A DNA stretch of 64,000 nucleotides, from the NCBI GenBank assembly GCA_965228855.1, contig CBDDIJ010000002.1, positions 608,001 through 672,000 of the forward strand, written 5' to 3'. Positions 29,382 to 39,318 of this stretch are shown here, in pieces; the first letter of the stretch is position 1; each line of letters starts with the position of its first letter. A model generated the notes under the pieces. That model made no database searches. It was not told where the DNA came from and was given only the letters and a program-made list of their open reading frames with translations. The position numbers and the translations under genes are program-made. This stretch comes from Candidatus Obscuribacterales bacterium (lineage in GTDB: Bacteria > Cyanobacteriota > Vampirovibrionia > Obscuribacterales > Obscuribacteraceae).

Positions 29382-31178
29382 ATGACTACTCTTCCGAAAC
29401 GTTCCGAGGTTCCCGTCTCCCGCACGTGGGACCTGACTCTGATCTACGCGACCGAGGCCGACTGGGAGAAGGATTTCGCCTTCGTCGAGTCCCAGATTCC
29501 CGTCCTCGCCGCCTACAAGGGCCGTCTGCGCCGCTCCGGCAAGACGCTGCTCGAATTCAACAAGCTCAACGAGGCCGCTTCGCAGATCCTGGGCAAGCTG
29601 TCGGTCTACGCGCACCTGCACGGTGACGCCGATACCGCCAACGGCCATTACCAGACCATGAACGGCCGCGTCTCCGACCTGGGCAGCAAGTTCGGCGCCG
29701 CCCTCTCCTGGGTGAGCGTGGAGCTGCTCTCCATCAAGCCGGAGCGCCTCGAGCAGTTTATCGCCAAGGTGCCCGAGCTCGCCGTCTATCGCCGCGACTT
29801 CGCCGAGATGAACCGCGAACGCGCCCACTACCGCTCGGCCGAGGTCGAAGCGCTGCTCGTCGAGGCCGGCAAGGCCATCGGCGGCTCGCGTGCGGTGTTC
29901 GGCATGTTCAACAACGCCGACCTGAAGCTGCCGGAAGTCGAAGACGAGACCGGCGCCAAGGTCCGCATCACCGGCGGCAACTGGGGCAGCAAGTGGCTGG
30001 ACAACCCCAACCGCGACGTCCGCAAGCGCGCCTACGATGCCATGTTCGGCACCTGGATGGGCTGGCGCAACACGATCGCCGCCAACTACGCCGCCAACGT
30101 GAAGGCCGACGTCTTCCGCGCCAAGGCGCGCAACTACCCGAGCTGCCGCAACATGGCGCTCGACGGCATCGACGTGCCGGAGTCGGTCTACGACTCGCTG
30201 GTCAGCACCGTGCATGCCAACCTGCCGCTGCTGCACCGCTACCTGAAGCTTCGCGAGAAGCTGCTGGGCGTGGACAAGCTGGCCTGGTACGACATGTACG
30301 TCCCGCTCGTGGGCGAGCTCGACTACAAGATCGGCTACGACGACGCCGTCAAGGAAGTCCTCGAGTCCGTGAAGGTCTACGGCGACGAATACCACGGCGC
30401 TCTCGCCAACGGTTTCGCCTCCCGCTGGGTCGACGTGGTCGAGAACGAAGGCAAGCGATCGGGCGCCTACAGCTCCGGCACGTACGGCACCGCGCCCTAC
30501 ATGCTGATGAACTGGCAGGACTCGATGGACTCGATGTTCACGCTGGCGCACGAAGCCGGCCACTCGATGCACTCGTGGCACTCGCGCAAGTACCAGCCGT
30601 ACACCTACAGCGGCTACACGCTGTTCGTCGCGGAAGTGGCGTCGACGCTCAACGAGGCGCTGCTCGCGCATCACCTCCTGAGCAAGACCGACGACAAGGT
30701 CATGCGCCGCTACATCCTGAACAAGCAGCTCGAGGGCATCCGTTCGACGCTCGTGCGTCAGACGATGTTCGCCGAATTCGAGTCGATCGCGCACGCGACC
30801 GCCGAAGCCGGCCAGCCGCTCACCGCGGACGTGCTGTGCGGCATCCACAAGGGGCTCAACGAGAAGTACTACGGTGCGGTCATCGACGTCGACGACAAGA
30901 TCGGCATCGAGTGGGCGCGCATCCCGCACTTCTACAACAGCTTCTACGTGTACCAATACGCGACCGGCATCAGCGCCGCGATGACCCTGGCTCGCCAGAT
31001 CATCACGGAAGGTCAGCCGGCCGTGGAGCGCACCCTGGGCTTCCTCAAGGGCGGCAGCTCCAAGTCGAGCATCGACCTGCTCAAGGGCGCCGGCGTGGAC
31101 CTCACGACCCCTGCCCCGATCCAGGCCGCGTTCGATCAGTTCGAGGACTACCTCAAGCAGTTCGAAGCGCTGAGCTAA
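29382..31178 (+). CDS. pepF: Oligoendopeptidase F (M3B)
   Basis: TWDL..IY, GKRSGAYSSG, TLAHEAGHSMH, AEVAS..NE, WARIPHFY.SFYVYQYATG. Confidence 0.96.
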   Translation: MTTLPKRSEVPVSRTWDLTLIYATEADWEKDFAFVESQIPVLAAYKGRLRRSGKTLLEFNKLNEAASQILGKLSVYAHLHGDADTANGHYQTMNGRVSDLGSKFGAALSWVSVELLSIKPERLEQFIAKVPELAVYRRDFAEMNRERAHYRSAEVEALLVEAGKAIGGSRAVFGMFNNADLKLPEVEDETGAKVRITGGNWGSKWLDNPNRDVRKRAYDAMFGTWMGWRNTIAANYAANVKADVFRAKARNYPSCRNMALDGIDVPESVYDSLVSTVHANLPLLHRYLKLREKLLGVDKLAWYDMYVPLVGELDYKIGYDDAVKEVLESVKVYGDEYHGALANGFASRWVDVVENEGKRSGAYSSGTYGTAPYMLMNWQDSMDSMFTLAHEAGHSMHSWHSRKYQPYTYSGYTLFVAEVASTLNEALLAHHLLSKTDDKVMRRYILNKQLEGIRSTLVRQTMFAEFESIAHATAEAGQPLTADVLCGIHKGLNEKYYGAVIDVDDKIGIEWARIPHFYNSFYVYQYATGISAAMTLARQIITEGQPAVERTLGFLKGGSSKSSIDLLKGAGVDLTTPAPIQAAFDQFEDYLKQFEALS

Positions 31179-31248
31179 ACGGCTGATTGCGTTGGCGCCT
31201 TGTCTCAGACGGGCGGCGAGTCGCAATTAGCTGGTGTGTTTTCCGTGG

Positions 31249-31279
31249 TGGTGCGGCGGATGAAAATCCGTCGCACCAT
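31249..31279 (+). terminator. Strong hairpin downstream of pepF (no U-tract)
   Basis: TGGTGCGGCGGAT-GAAA-ATCCGTCGCACCA. Confidence 0.5.
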
Positions 31280-31379
31280 CTGTGACACCACGCCGCTGCT
31301 TCAAGCAATCGGTGTTAAACGAAACGCAGCTGGACTTGCGGCTCACAGAGCGCTAGTCCGAACATAGGGAAAAACATAA

Positions 31380-31652
31380 ATGGCGCGCTTCATCGGTGCA
31401 CTCTTCATGGGTGCATGGGGCATCATCGCGGGCGGGTTCTTCGCCGGCATGTTTGTCATGGCAGGGCATCCGACCCAGGTGGCAGACCACCTCATGTGGG
31501 GTGCTTACGCCCTCTTCTTCTCGACGATGTGTCTCGTCGGGATGGGTCGTTTCATCGGTGACTTCAACTTCGGGAAGGTCCTCGCGATCATCTCGGCGGT
31601 CGTCATCGCGCTCATCTACAGCCTTCGCGTCCTCGGCGTCATGCCAGTCTAG
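31380..31652 (+). CDS. Small 3-TM membrane protein
   Basis: 90 aa, three hydrophobic segments, GC3-rich, AGGGA RBS. Confidence 0.75.
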   Translation: MARFIGALFMGAWGIIAGGFFAGMFVMAGHPTQVADHLMWGAYALFFSTMCLVGMGRFIGDFNFGKVLAIISAVVIALIYSLRVLGVMPV

Positions 31653-31833
31653 GCGTCCGAGTCCGTCCGACGACGCTCCGAAGTTCGGAGTGAAATCTGA
31701 AGCGTAAGCTGCAGCGCGGTATGTTTCGCGCCAAGCGGCTTGCGCAATCTTTGTGGTCGGCAGTGAAAACCTGCCCTGAGCGCCGTAACTTCGCGGCGCT
31801 TGATCTGAACTCGGCTATTTGAGGCACAGAAGG

Positions 31834-33186
31834 ATGAGTCAACAAGATAGTCCGGACAAAGTCAGCGCTGCGCAAACCCGCTTCCCGGGCGCGATGCCGG
31901 CGCTGATTCTGCTCCTCTCCATCAACATTTTCAACTACGTCGACAGGCAGATTCTGTCGGCAGTTGTCCCGATGCTCCGCACCGAGTTTTTCGGTCCGGA
32001 CAAGGATCCCGGTCCGTTCGTCAAGTGGCTGCTTGGCGGGCTGGAAGGCATCCTCGGTTCCAATCCCGAGAACGCGATGATCGGGTTGCTCGCCATGGCT
32101 TTCATGGTGACGTACATGCTCGCCGCTCCGATCTTCGGATTGCTGTCGCTGAAACGCTGGTGGATTGTCGCCGGCGGCGTGGCGGTCTGGAGTCTCGCTT
32201 CGGGCGCATCCGGACTCGCCACCACATTCGGTGGCTTGCTGTTGACCCGATGCCTCGTCGGCATCGGCGAAGCAGCTTATGGTCCGGTCGCTCCAACGAT
32301 GATCGCCGATATGTTTCCGCTCAAAGAACGCGGAAAGATGTTGTCCTGGTTCTATCTGGCCATCCCGGTCGGCAGCGCTCTGGGCTTCATCTTCGGCGGC
32401 GCGGTCGCGGCTTGGCTCGGCTGGCGCTGGGCGTTCTACCTGGTTGTTCCGCCCGGGCTCGTTCTCGCGGCGTTCGCAATCTGGAAGAAGGAACCGCCGC
32501 GCGGGCTGTTCGACAAGGGCGGCGCGGAGAGCGGGAAGAAGAAACTGACGCGCAAAGACTACGCGTCGCTTGCGCACAATCGGTCGTACGTGCTCAACAC
32601 CCTGGGCATGGCGACGATGACATTCGCTATCGGCGGCATGGCTTTCTGGATGCCCTCATACATCCATGAATTCCGCGGCGTCGGAACGCTCGCCGGGGTC
32701 AATCTGATCTTCGGCGTCATCCTCGTCTTGTCCGGACTGTCCGCCACCATCGCTGGTGCGTACATGGCCGACAAGTTGAGGGCGCGTTTCAAAGGCTCGT
32801 ACTTCACCGTCTCGGGTCTGGCGATTCTGGTCGGGCTGCCGTTCTTCATCGGCGCGCTCTACCTGCCGTTCCCACTCGCGTGGGGATGCATCTTCGTCAG
32901 CTGCTTCTGCCTGTTCTTCAACACAGGTCCAACCAACACAATCCTCGCCAACGTTACGCACCCGTCCATCCGGGCGAGCGCTTACGCGTTGAACATCCTC
33001 GTCATTCACCTGCTCGGCGATGTGATTTCGCCACTCGTGATTGGCGCGGTGACAGACGCCTCCGACAAAAACATGAACGTCGCATTCCTCGGAATGTCCG
33101 GCGTCATGGCTGTCGGCGGGCTGCTCTGGCTGTGGGGCGCGAAGTACCTCGCTGACGACACCGCCAAAATTTCGGGTCCAGTCTAA
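31834..33186 (+). CDS. MFS transporter, spinster-like
   Basis: INIFNYVDRQILSAV, RCLVGIGEAAY...APTMIAD.FP..ERG, IHLLGD. Confidence 0.88.
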   Translation: MSQQDSPDKVSAAQTRFPGAMPALILLLSINIFNYVDRQILSAVVPMLRTEFFGPDKDPGPFVKWLLGGLEGILGSNPENAMIGLLAMAFMVTYMLAAPIFGLLSLKRWWIVAGGVAVWSLASGASGLATTFGGLLLTRCLVGIGEAAYGPVAPTMIADMFPLKERGKMLSWFYLAIPVGSALGFIFGGAVAAWLGWRWAFYLVVPPGLVLAAFAIWKKEPPRGLFDKGGAESGKKKLTRKDYASLAHNRSYVLNTLGMATMTFAIGGMAFWMPSYIHEFRGVGTLAGVNLIFGVILVLSGLSATIAGAYMADKLRARFKGSYFTVSGLAILVGLPFFIGALYLPFPLAWGCIFVSCFCLFFNTGPTNTILANVTHPSIRASAYALNILVIHLLGDVISPLVIGAVTDASDKNMNVAFLGMSGVMAVGGLLWLWGAKYLADDTAKISGPV

Positions 33187-33214
33187 ACCGGGAACTAAGA
33201 CTGGTCGAAGTTTC

Positions 33215-33253
33215 AAGAGGTGCTCACGCTCCGGCGTCGGGCACTTCTTTTTT
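33215..33253 (+). terminator. Intrinsic terminator after MFS gene
   Basis: AAGAGGTGCTC...GGGCACTTCTT plus T-run. Confidence 0.75.
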
Positions 33254-33263
33254 CTTATGTCTT

Positions 33264-33358
33264 GCTACTATAGAGAGGCATAGCTCCTCCTGACGGAATC
33301 GCGCCCCCGGTTCTCGCTACTATAGAGAGGCATAGTTTCTTCCGCCAAAATCGCGCCC
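33264..33358 (+). repeat. 52-bp degenerate tandem repeat x2 starting GCTACTATAGAGAGGCATAG
   Basis: Units start at 33264 and 33316; first 20 nt identical; both contain AATCGCGCCC. Confidence 0.9.
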
Positions 33359-33401
33359 AGCGGAAGGGATTCGAGCGTTTCTCTTTTTCTCGACCTTCGC
33401 T

Positions 33402-33537
33402 TGTCTATCCCACGATGACGGAAATGGAAGAATCCGGCATCGTGGGATAGACAGCCAAAGCCGACATCTGACTTGGCTCCGACCTGTCAATTAGACAGCG
33501 ACAGAATTCGCCAAATCCGTCGCTCTGGAATTGACAG
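33402..33537. repeat. Two copies of the ~54-bp palindrome family (33402-33453, 33484-33537)
   Basis: TGTCTATCCCACGATGACGGAAATGGAAGAATCCGGCATCGTGGGATAGACA and CTGTCAATTAGACAGCGACAGAATTCGCCAAATCCGTCGCTCTGGAATTGACAG. Confidence 0.85.
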
Positions 33538-33629
33538 GACGAGTCGTGTTTCTTGCAAAAAGATTCCATGGCACTACCCCGACTAACAAGCAATGTATAA
33601 TCCAAAGAAGCACGAGTGAGACGCCGTAA

Positions 33630-34022
33630 ATGCAACTGACAAAACTTTCGACAATAGTCATTGCAATGTGCACCGTATGCGGTTGCATAACCCACTTCTG
33701 TCAAAAACAGCTAGAGCAGTCACTCGACAAACGTCTCGAACAGTTTGGACGCCGACATCAAGACACCAGACCCGTCCGAAAAAACGACGAACTGGGCACC
33801 CTCTTTTACGCCAGACAAACAATCCCACGAGGCTCGATGATAAACATTGCGTTTGTATCCTCACAGCAGGTTGAGCGCAAACGAATTCCGATGGACGCGG
33901 TTCAACGATTCGAGCAAATGGCGAATTGCGTGTCGAGACATGATATTGTGAAAGGTGAAATAATCAGTACTCGCGAACTTCTTCCGGTGAGGTTCGCGAA
34001 TGACCAGAACAACGTGCGCTGA
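33630..34022 (+). CDS. SAF-domain protein (CpaB N-terminal-like) with N-terminal hydrophobic segment
   Basis: YARQTIPRGSMI....V....V....IP.DAV...EQM...VSRHDIVKGEII. Confidence 0.72.
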   Translation: MQLTKLSTIVIAMCTVCGCITHFCQKQLEQSLDKRLEQFGRRHQDTRPVRKNDELGTLFYARQTIPRGSMINIAFVSSQQVERKRIPMDAVQRFEQMANCVSRHDIVKGEIISTRELLPVRFANDQNNVR

Positions 34023-34112
34023 CGATTGAGCAGGATAAAAGCCGCGATTTATCCTGCGCTGCGATGCACACCACAGGTGCCACCCTGATGCACACCGCAG
34101 GCGGTGCCAGCA

Positions 34113-36176
34113 CTACGACCTGGTAAAGTCGCGCTGTTGCACGCCCAAGTAGTAGACAGCCTGCCGAGCCAGATCAGCAGAGCTCAGGTTCGGATTCTTC
34201 ACCCGCAGCGACTCCTTCATTATTCGCATCTCGCCGGCACAAGAATCATCGTTTTGCATGCACAGCCAAAAATCCATGGGACTCGGTATTATTCGAACCA
34301 AACCGTAGTCGGTGCGCGTCTGAATAAAGCAAGGAATTACAGCTCCGTTATCTCTAGACGCATCCATTCCCAGCCATTCGAAAGCCCACGATTTTCTGTC
34401 GTGCTGCAAGAACTCACGGACAAGGCGCTTGTGCCTGGTTCGCTGGGGTAAGATGACTTTAGTATCGCAAGCAGCATCCAACAGTTCGATGATCCGGTTC
34501 GCACTTTGGAGCCGCGAGGTTACTTCGCTTGAGCAAAGCAAAATACCCATTCGTTGGACCTCTTCCAATAGTTTCTTAAACTGCCTCGCACCACCAGCGC
34601 CACCACACCACTCGCTGCTGGATGGAAGGAAAAGCGCGGTCGGTTTATTTCCGACACTGTATACCTCGCGGCAATCTTGCAGAAATTCAACGAACTCTGA
34701 CAAGTCTTGTTGCGGTTGAAGAATTGTCGCCACAGCATGTGGTTTCAAAGCAACTTTTCGAGGCAGACCCAGCTGGCAATCATTTACAAGCTCGCGACCT
34801 AAAACCTCTTGCAACGATGCGAAACTGTTGCGACCGTCCTCCACGTAAACCACATGGAAGTTGGCAGTTAGAAGCCGCACGCCCATGAGCGCGTTGAAAA
34901 AACTGAGGTCGGAATGCTCAGAGCCGACGGCTAAGATCCCGGGCTTCTTCGAATGATCGTATAACACCGGCTCATTGGACATCGCCGCAAAGCCCATCGG
35001 CAAACCAATAGAGAGCCCGCAAGATGCGCCGTACAAAGGCCAGTTTATTCGAGCGTCGGTGTGCGAGACAACGTGCGCGATGCCACCAGCATCGATACCA
35101 ATCGGAAGCGTAGATGTCCACGCGCTAAACTGATCGCACTTTGGCGTAATCAGAGCAGAGCGGGACGCAAGCTTGTCTTTGGCTGCTGTTTGCCAATTCT
35201 TGAGCTGCTTGTCGTCCCCAGCGACATGCGGTGCGATCGAGTAGTAAAAACTCATCTCGAAGAGGCTGTTTTCCGATGTCGAAATCATGCGATTAGCTCT
35301 GCGGCGGGTTTCCAAAGGCGTCTTCGCCGCGCGTTGCCGGACGGCGTTCTTGTCTCCTATCCGGCAGTGCACGCTAAGCGATGTGGCACACTCCATGGTC
35401 AGCAGATCTATCAACCAACCGTATCGAAGCTTGGCAGGCAGGCTTGATACCACTTGCACAGAGACTCTCGAACCATCTACAACTAAAAACTGTTTGCCGT
35501 TTTCGACCATCACATCTGGCATAGTTGATGCTCGCATCAACTCAACCGGCTCCTCTCTAAGTCCGGATGGATACGAGAGACGCATACAAGAATGAATCAG
35601 CGTGCGTGTTTCCGCGCGCGTAAGAACTTCAGGCGACTGTTTCGCCTTACTCAGAATTTTCGAAACGCGCTTGACAAACCGGTCGAGCAGCGCAATCTGT
35701 TTTTCCCTAGAGGATTTTTGGGAAAGCTCTGCGCCTAAAATGAGGTAGAACGATTTGCGTGGAACCAGGCGCTGCTCACACACTCGACTAAACCACTTGC
35801 GCGTATAGTCCGCGTACCACTCGAGATAAGCGTTGCCCTGGGCGTCGAGGTCCAGGACGTTTTCGCAGTGCTCACCTAAATCTAATGGTCGATTAATCGC
35901 CAGTAACTGTAGTGAGGTCTTCTCGCTCAGGCAATCGAGAATCGCACCGAACATGTCGTCGACGGCGGTGAAACCCCGTTGATCCGGAGGGATGGTGAAC
36001 CCGGTCAAACGTATGATCCTGCGCAACGACCCATCCACAAGCTCTATGAGTCCAGCATCTTCATCGGCACCGGGAATAGAACGGATCTGTGGAAGCGCAT
36101 CGTGCGCGGTTTCCGGCGGTTTCAAGTTCGGACGATGTATGGAATCGAAGACGAACAGTTTGCGGGCTGAAGGCAT
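34113..36176 (-). CDS. VirB4/TraC-like protein with degenerate Walker motifs
   Basis: GLIELVDGSLRRII, LQLLAINRPLDL, KSFYLIL, STLPIGID, PVLYD; GSEHSDLS at the expected Walker A position; ATG 36176 has GGAG upstream. Confidence 0.6.
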   Translation of the reverse strand: MPSARKLFVFDSIHRPNLKPPETAHDALPQIRSIPGADEDAGLIELVDGSLRRIIRLTGFTIPPDQRGFTAVDDMFGAILDCLSEKTSLQLLAINRPLDLGEHCENVLDLDAQGNAYLEWYADYTRKWFSRVCEQRLVPRKSFYLILGAELSQKSSREKQIALLDRFVKRVSKILSKAKQSPEVLTRAETRTLIHSCMRLSYPSGLREEPVELMRASTMPDVMVENGKQFLVVDGSRVSVQVVSSLPAKLRYGWLIDLLTMECATSLSVHCRIGDKNAVRQRAAKTPLETRRRANRMISTSENSLFEMSFYYSIAPHVAGDDKQLKNWQTAAKDKLASRSALITPKCDQFSAWTSTLPIGIDAGGIAHVVSHTDARINWPLYGASCGLSIGLPMGFAAMSNEPVLYDHSKKPGILAVGSEHSDLSFFNALMGVRLLTANFHVVYVEDGRNSFASLQEVLGRELVNDCQLGLPRKVALKPHAVATILQPQQDLSEFVEFLQDCREVYSVGNKPTALFLPSSSEWCGGAGGARQFKKLLEEVQRMGILLCSSEVTSRLQSANRIIELLDAACDTKVILPQRTRHKRLVREFLQHDRKSWAFEWLGMDASRDNGAVIPCFIQTRTDYGLVRIIPSPMDFWLCMQNDDSCAGEMRIMKESLRVKNPNLSSADLARQAVYYLGVQQRDFTRS

Positions 36177-36237
36177 ACTTGTGCTCCGGTCATTACTTGA
36201 AAGCATTATGCCCGATCTCGCCGGAGTTCGCTTGTCG

Positions 36238-36291
36238 TTGTCTACGACTCGTAGACGGAATTCCGGAATTTCGTCTACGAGCGATAGCCAA
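36238..36291. repeat. Copy of the ~54-bp palindrome family
   Basis: TTGTCTACGACTCGTAGACGGAATTCCGGAATTTCGTCTACGAGCGATAGCCAA. Confidence 0.8.
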
Positions 36292-36320
36292 GCGCAGGGA
36301 CAGGCAAGAGGCAAAATGTC

Positions 36321-36540
36321 CATAAGCTGCTGTCAGCCGGACTTTTGCCAAGTTCGTTTTCACGGCGCCATATAGTAAAAAATCTCAACTTACCCATAAG
36401 CCGCTGTCAGCCGGACTTTTGCCAAATTCGGCTTCACGGAGGTATATAGTAGCAATTCTCAATTTGCTCAACAGCTGCTGTCAGCCGGACATTTGCCAAG
36501 CTCGGCTTCACGAAGACATATAGTAGCCATTTTCAAAAAA
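36321..36540. repeat. 74-bp degenerate tandem repeat x3, each unit containing TATAGTA(G/A)
   Basis: Units at 36321, 36395, 36469 share GCTGTCAGCCGGAC.TTTGCCAA.TCG..TTCACG....ATATAGTA. Confidence 0.92.
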
Positions 36541-36571
36541 AAACTGAAGCGGGGGGTTGGACCCGCTTCAG
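36535..36571 (-). terminator. Intrinsic terminator of the GH25/small-membrane-gene unit
   Basis: CTGAAGCGGG...CCCGCTTCAG with A9 on the + strand (U9 on the - strand). Confidence 0.85.
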
Positions 36572-36580
36572 CTCTTGTTT

Positions 36581-36763
36581 CTAGCTGCGTTCGGAGCTTG
36601 GCTCCAGGACGTAGCCGACCACCAGCGCGGCGAGGAGGAGCACGACCATGGTCGGCATCGTCCACGTGCTTTTCCACAGCGGGATGGCGATAAACGCGAG
36701 TATCGTCCAGCCCACCATCAGCGCTTCGATGGGACGGACGTTGAGACGCGAGAAGAGTTTCAT
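36581..36763 (-). CDS. Small 2-TM membrane protein (holin-like topology)
   Basis: 60 aa; MKLFSRLNVRPIEALMVGWTILAFIAIPLWKSTWTMPTMVVLLLAALVVGYVLEPSSERS; GC3-rich. Confidence 0.65.
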   Translation of the reverse strand: MKLFSRLNVRPIEALMVGWTILAFIAIPLWKSTWTMPTMVVLLLAALVVGYVLEPSSERS

Positions 36764-36938
36764 TAGAAGCCCTTGATGTTGCGGCACCATCGGCGGTACC
36801 GCGGGTGAAGGGAACTACTGCGACAGAAAGAAACCGGCAACGCGAACACGTTCAACAAACGCTGTCCGAGAGGAACTCGGCAAGCCGAGTTCAAGTCGAA
36901 TGGAGTTTGTCGCAACGCGTTCGCGCGGCTCGGTTTGT

Positions 36939-37697
36939 TTACTTGACGAGCAGTGCTTCGAGACGGTCGGACTGACCGTTGAAGCGGTTGATGTCAACGT
37001 TCCCGGTGATGCCGGCGACCGAGCCGTTCTCCGTGAACTGCCAGAACGTCCAGAAGTCCCACGGCTTGGGGACGCGCGGACGCGAGGCGGAGGTGTAGTG
37101 CGCCAGCCAGAGCGGGTAGTCTTTGAGGCGCGGATCGTTCTTCAGAACGTCGTCGACGAACGACGGGCTCGCGTAAACGATCGGATTGATGTTGTCACCG
37201 AGCTTGGCGCGGATGCCATCGATGAAGCCGACGATCAGGTCAACGCTCTGCTTGCCGCTGAGACGCGACCAGTCGCTCGGAACCTCGGTGTCGATGACGG
37301 GCGGCAGGTCGCCGGTCGGCACGCTTCCGAGGGTGCGCGCGAAATTGTCGATCTGCGACTGCAGATTGATGCGCGGGCGGAAGAAGTGGTAAGCACCGGT
37401 TTTGATGCCGACGCCGCGCGCTTCGCTGAGATTTTCCTTGAAGCGTTTGTCGACGAAAGTGGCACCTTCCGTGGCTTTGATGAAAGCGAATTCGACGCCG
37501 GCTTGCTTGACGCGAGCCCAGTCGATGTCACCGTTGTGATGACTGACGTCGATTCCCCATGGTGCTGCCAGTGATACCACGCTCTGCGAACCTTCAGACT
37601 CAGCGGTCCAGGCGATGCCCTTCTTGGGTCCCTCACCTTTCCCATTGTGTCGGTGATTCGCCAGCTTTGTCAAAGGCGACGAAGATTTCTTGGCCAT
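36939..37697 (-). CDS. GH25 lysozyme (muramidase), no signal peptide
   Basis: GIDVSHHNG.IDW, FAFIKATEG, GAYHFFRP, PVIDTE, LWLAHY, FWQFT..GSV.GI.GNVDIN. Confidence 0.93.
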   Translation of the reverse strand: MAKKSSSPLTKLANHRHNGKGEGPKKGIAWTAESEGSQSVVSLAAPWGIDVSHHNGDIDWARVKQAGVEFAFIKATEGATFVDKRFKENLSEARGVGIKTGAYHFFRPRINLQSQIDNFARTLGSVPTGDLPPVIDTEVPSDWSRLSGKQSVDLIVGFIDGIRAKLGDNINPIVYASPSFVDDVLKNDPRLKDYPLWLAHYTSASRPRVPKPWDFWTFWQFTENGSVAGITGNVDINRFNGQSDRLEALLVK

Positions 37698-38553
37698 GTG
37701 GCTCTTCCTTGTTCGTTCCTGCGTCGCGCTGTGTGTGCCGGTTAGCTGAAAGCTGAACGGCGATGAACAGCAGCGTCTGTCCGAGTGTCACGCATCAGAT
37801 GCGGTTAAGCCGGACGTCACGCGAGCGACGAGTTAAATTCGGGGCGAAGTGGGGTTAATCGAAGAAAACAGTTAGAGTCCTTGAGGCAAGGAATGGAAAA
37901 AGGCATCAGAACTCTGTCTAACCCCGACGTATAGCTTCAAGTGTTTTAGTTCTTAGTGAGTAAAATCTTTTGATATTTATGGCTCCCAAACAGGCACTAA
38001 CAGACGCCGCCAGGCTTGAACCGATGTAGATTCCGCGGGTCCGAAGCTGCTGAGGCTTTGCGGCTAGCACAACTGAGTCATGTCATTCACACAGTTGTCA
38101 AACGCGCTTCTCCATTTGCTGCGAACACACTGCCACCGCAAGCGGTTCACGCGCTTGCGCTAGCCATTGCCGGCAGCTGATCAGAAGTTTATTGTTCCGC
38201 CGCCTGGCTCAAACATTCGCAATGCACCAGCGAACCCACGAGGATAAATTGCTTCCAGATGCTGACATCCATGAGCAGCGGCAGGCTGTAAAGGTTTCTT
38301 ATCAAAGAGCAAGACTGTAGCTTTAGGTTCGATATTTTCTTCAAACCAAAACAAGTCTCTTCAAGAACATCACACTCAGCCCGGTAGTCTAAGCGCATTT
38401 ACACACGGTTTCTTGACCGCATGAGGCGACCAACATGAAAACGGCGCGTTGCTGCTTCATGGTGGCGTCTGCTTGCGGTCTTCTTGGCCGAGCGCTTACC
38501 AATCCCTCGATTTGTTTCGAGTGAAGACTACAGGCAAAACCCGAAGGTGCCTT

Positions 38554-39318
38554 ATGGCAGGTAACGACACAATCTACTGCCAAAAATCTAGCTTTACTGA
38601 TACGGACTGGGAAAAGATCTATGAGGTCGCTTTCCGTCCCGATCAGCGAACCCCGCTTAATCAGCTCCACGACGGTCTCCGGAGTGGGCAGATGTTTCTT
38701 CACAGAAGCTCGAACAACGACGGGCTTCTCTGTTTTTCTGTCACGAACATTCTTCCAACCGTCGCACTGCTGGCTTATCTCGCCACGGACCCGAGCAAAC
38801 GATCGAGCGGTATTGGTTCGAAACATATGAAGTCTTTGATCGCTCAAATCAAGGCTGAAAACCCGAACCTGCTCGGCATGTTCGCGGAAATCGAATCGAC
38901 GCGAGAAAAGGGCATCAGCGAGGACGAGAAGAAGCATCGGCGGCGCCGACTGCAGTTCTACCAGCGTCTCGGCTTCAAGCGCTACAAGTCGGTGTACACG
39001 ATACCGAGCTATGACACCACTGTTCCGGATGAAGAGGGCGAGCTGATCTGGCTCGAGTTCAGCGCCGGCAGTATTGGATGCGACAAGCTGGCGGAGGTGA
39101 TCAAGGAAATCTACGTCAAGGCGTATCTGCTGAAGGAAGACGACATTCGTGTCACGAATGTCCCTGTGCTGGCAGGCGATGCCGCGTGCTCGATTGCGGA
39201 CGACCTGAGCGCCGATAATGCGTCGGTTAGCTCGACAGTCGCTCCAGCGGCGGAAGTCGTCGCTACGGACGCGCCAGCAGCCGATACGGCGCCGTCGACC
39301 GCGGATGCAAAAAACTGA
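38554..39318 (+). CDS. GNAT-family acetyltransferase
   Basis: LLAYLATDPSKRSSGIGS, RRLQFYQRLGF. Confidence 0.85.
   Translation: MAGNDTIYCQKSSFTDTDWEKIYEVAFRPDQRTPLNQLHDGLRSGQMFLHRSSNNDGLLCFSVTNILPTVALLAYLATDPSKRSSGIGSKHMKSLIAQIKAENPNLLGMFAEIESTREKGISEDEKKHRRRRLQFYQRLGFKRYKSVYTIPSYDTTVPDEEGELIWLEFSAGSIGCDKLAEVIKEIYVKAYLLKEDDIRVTNVPVLAGDAACSIADDLSADNASVSSTVAPAAEVVATDAPAADTAPSTADAKN

Noticed and set aside
34063..34109. Short direct repeat GATGCACACC(A/G)CAGG x2 (and CTGATTCGCAAAC x2 near 44860-44898)
   Set aside because: Two short copies each with no other occurrences seen; probably local slippage.
33402..36291. Palindromes as integron attC sites
   Set aside because: They lack RYYYAAC/GTTRRRY ends and no IntI gene is present.
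36177..36323. Longer N-terminus of the VirB4-like ORF as given in the ORF track
   Set aside because: It runs through the palindrome and repeat DNA; ATG 36176 has a GGAG RBS and is more plausible.
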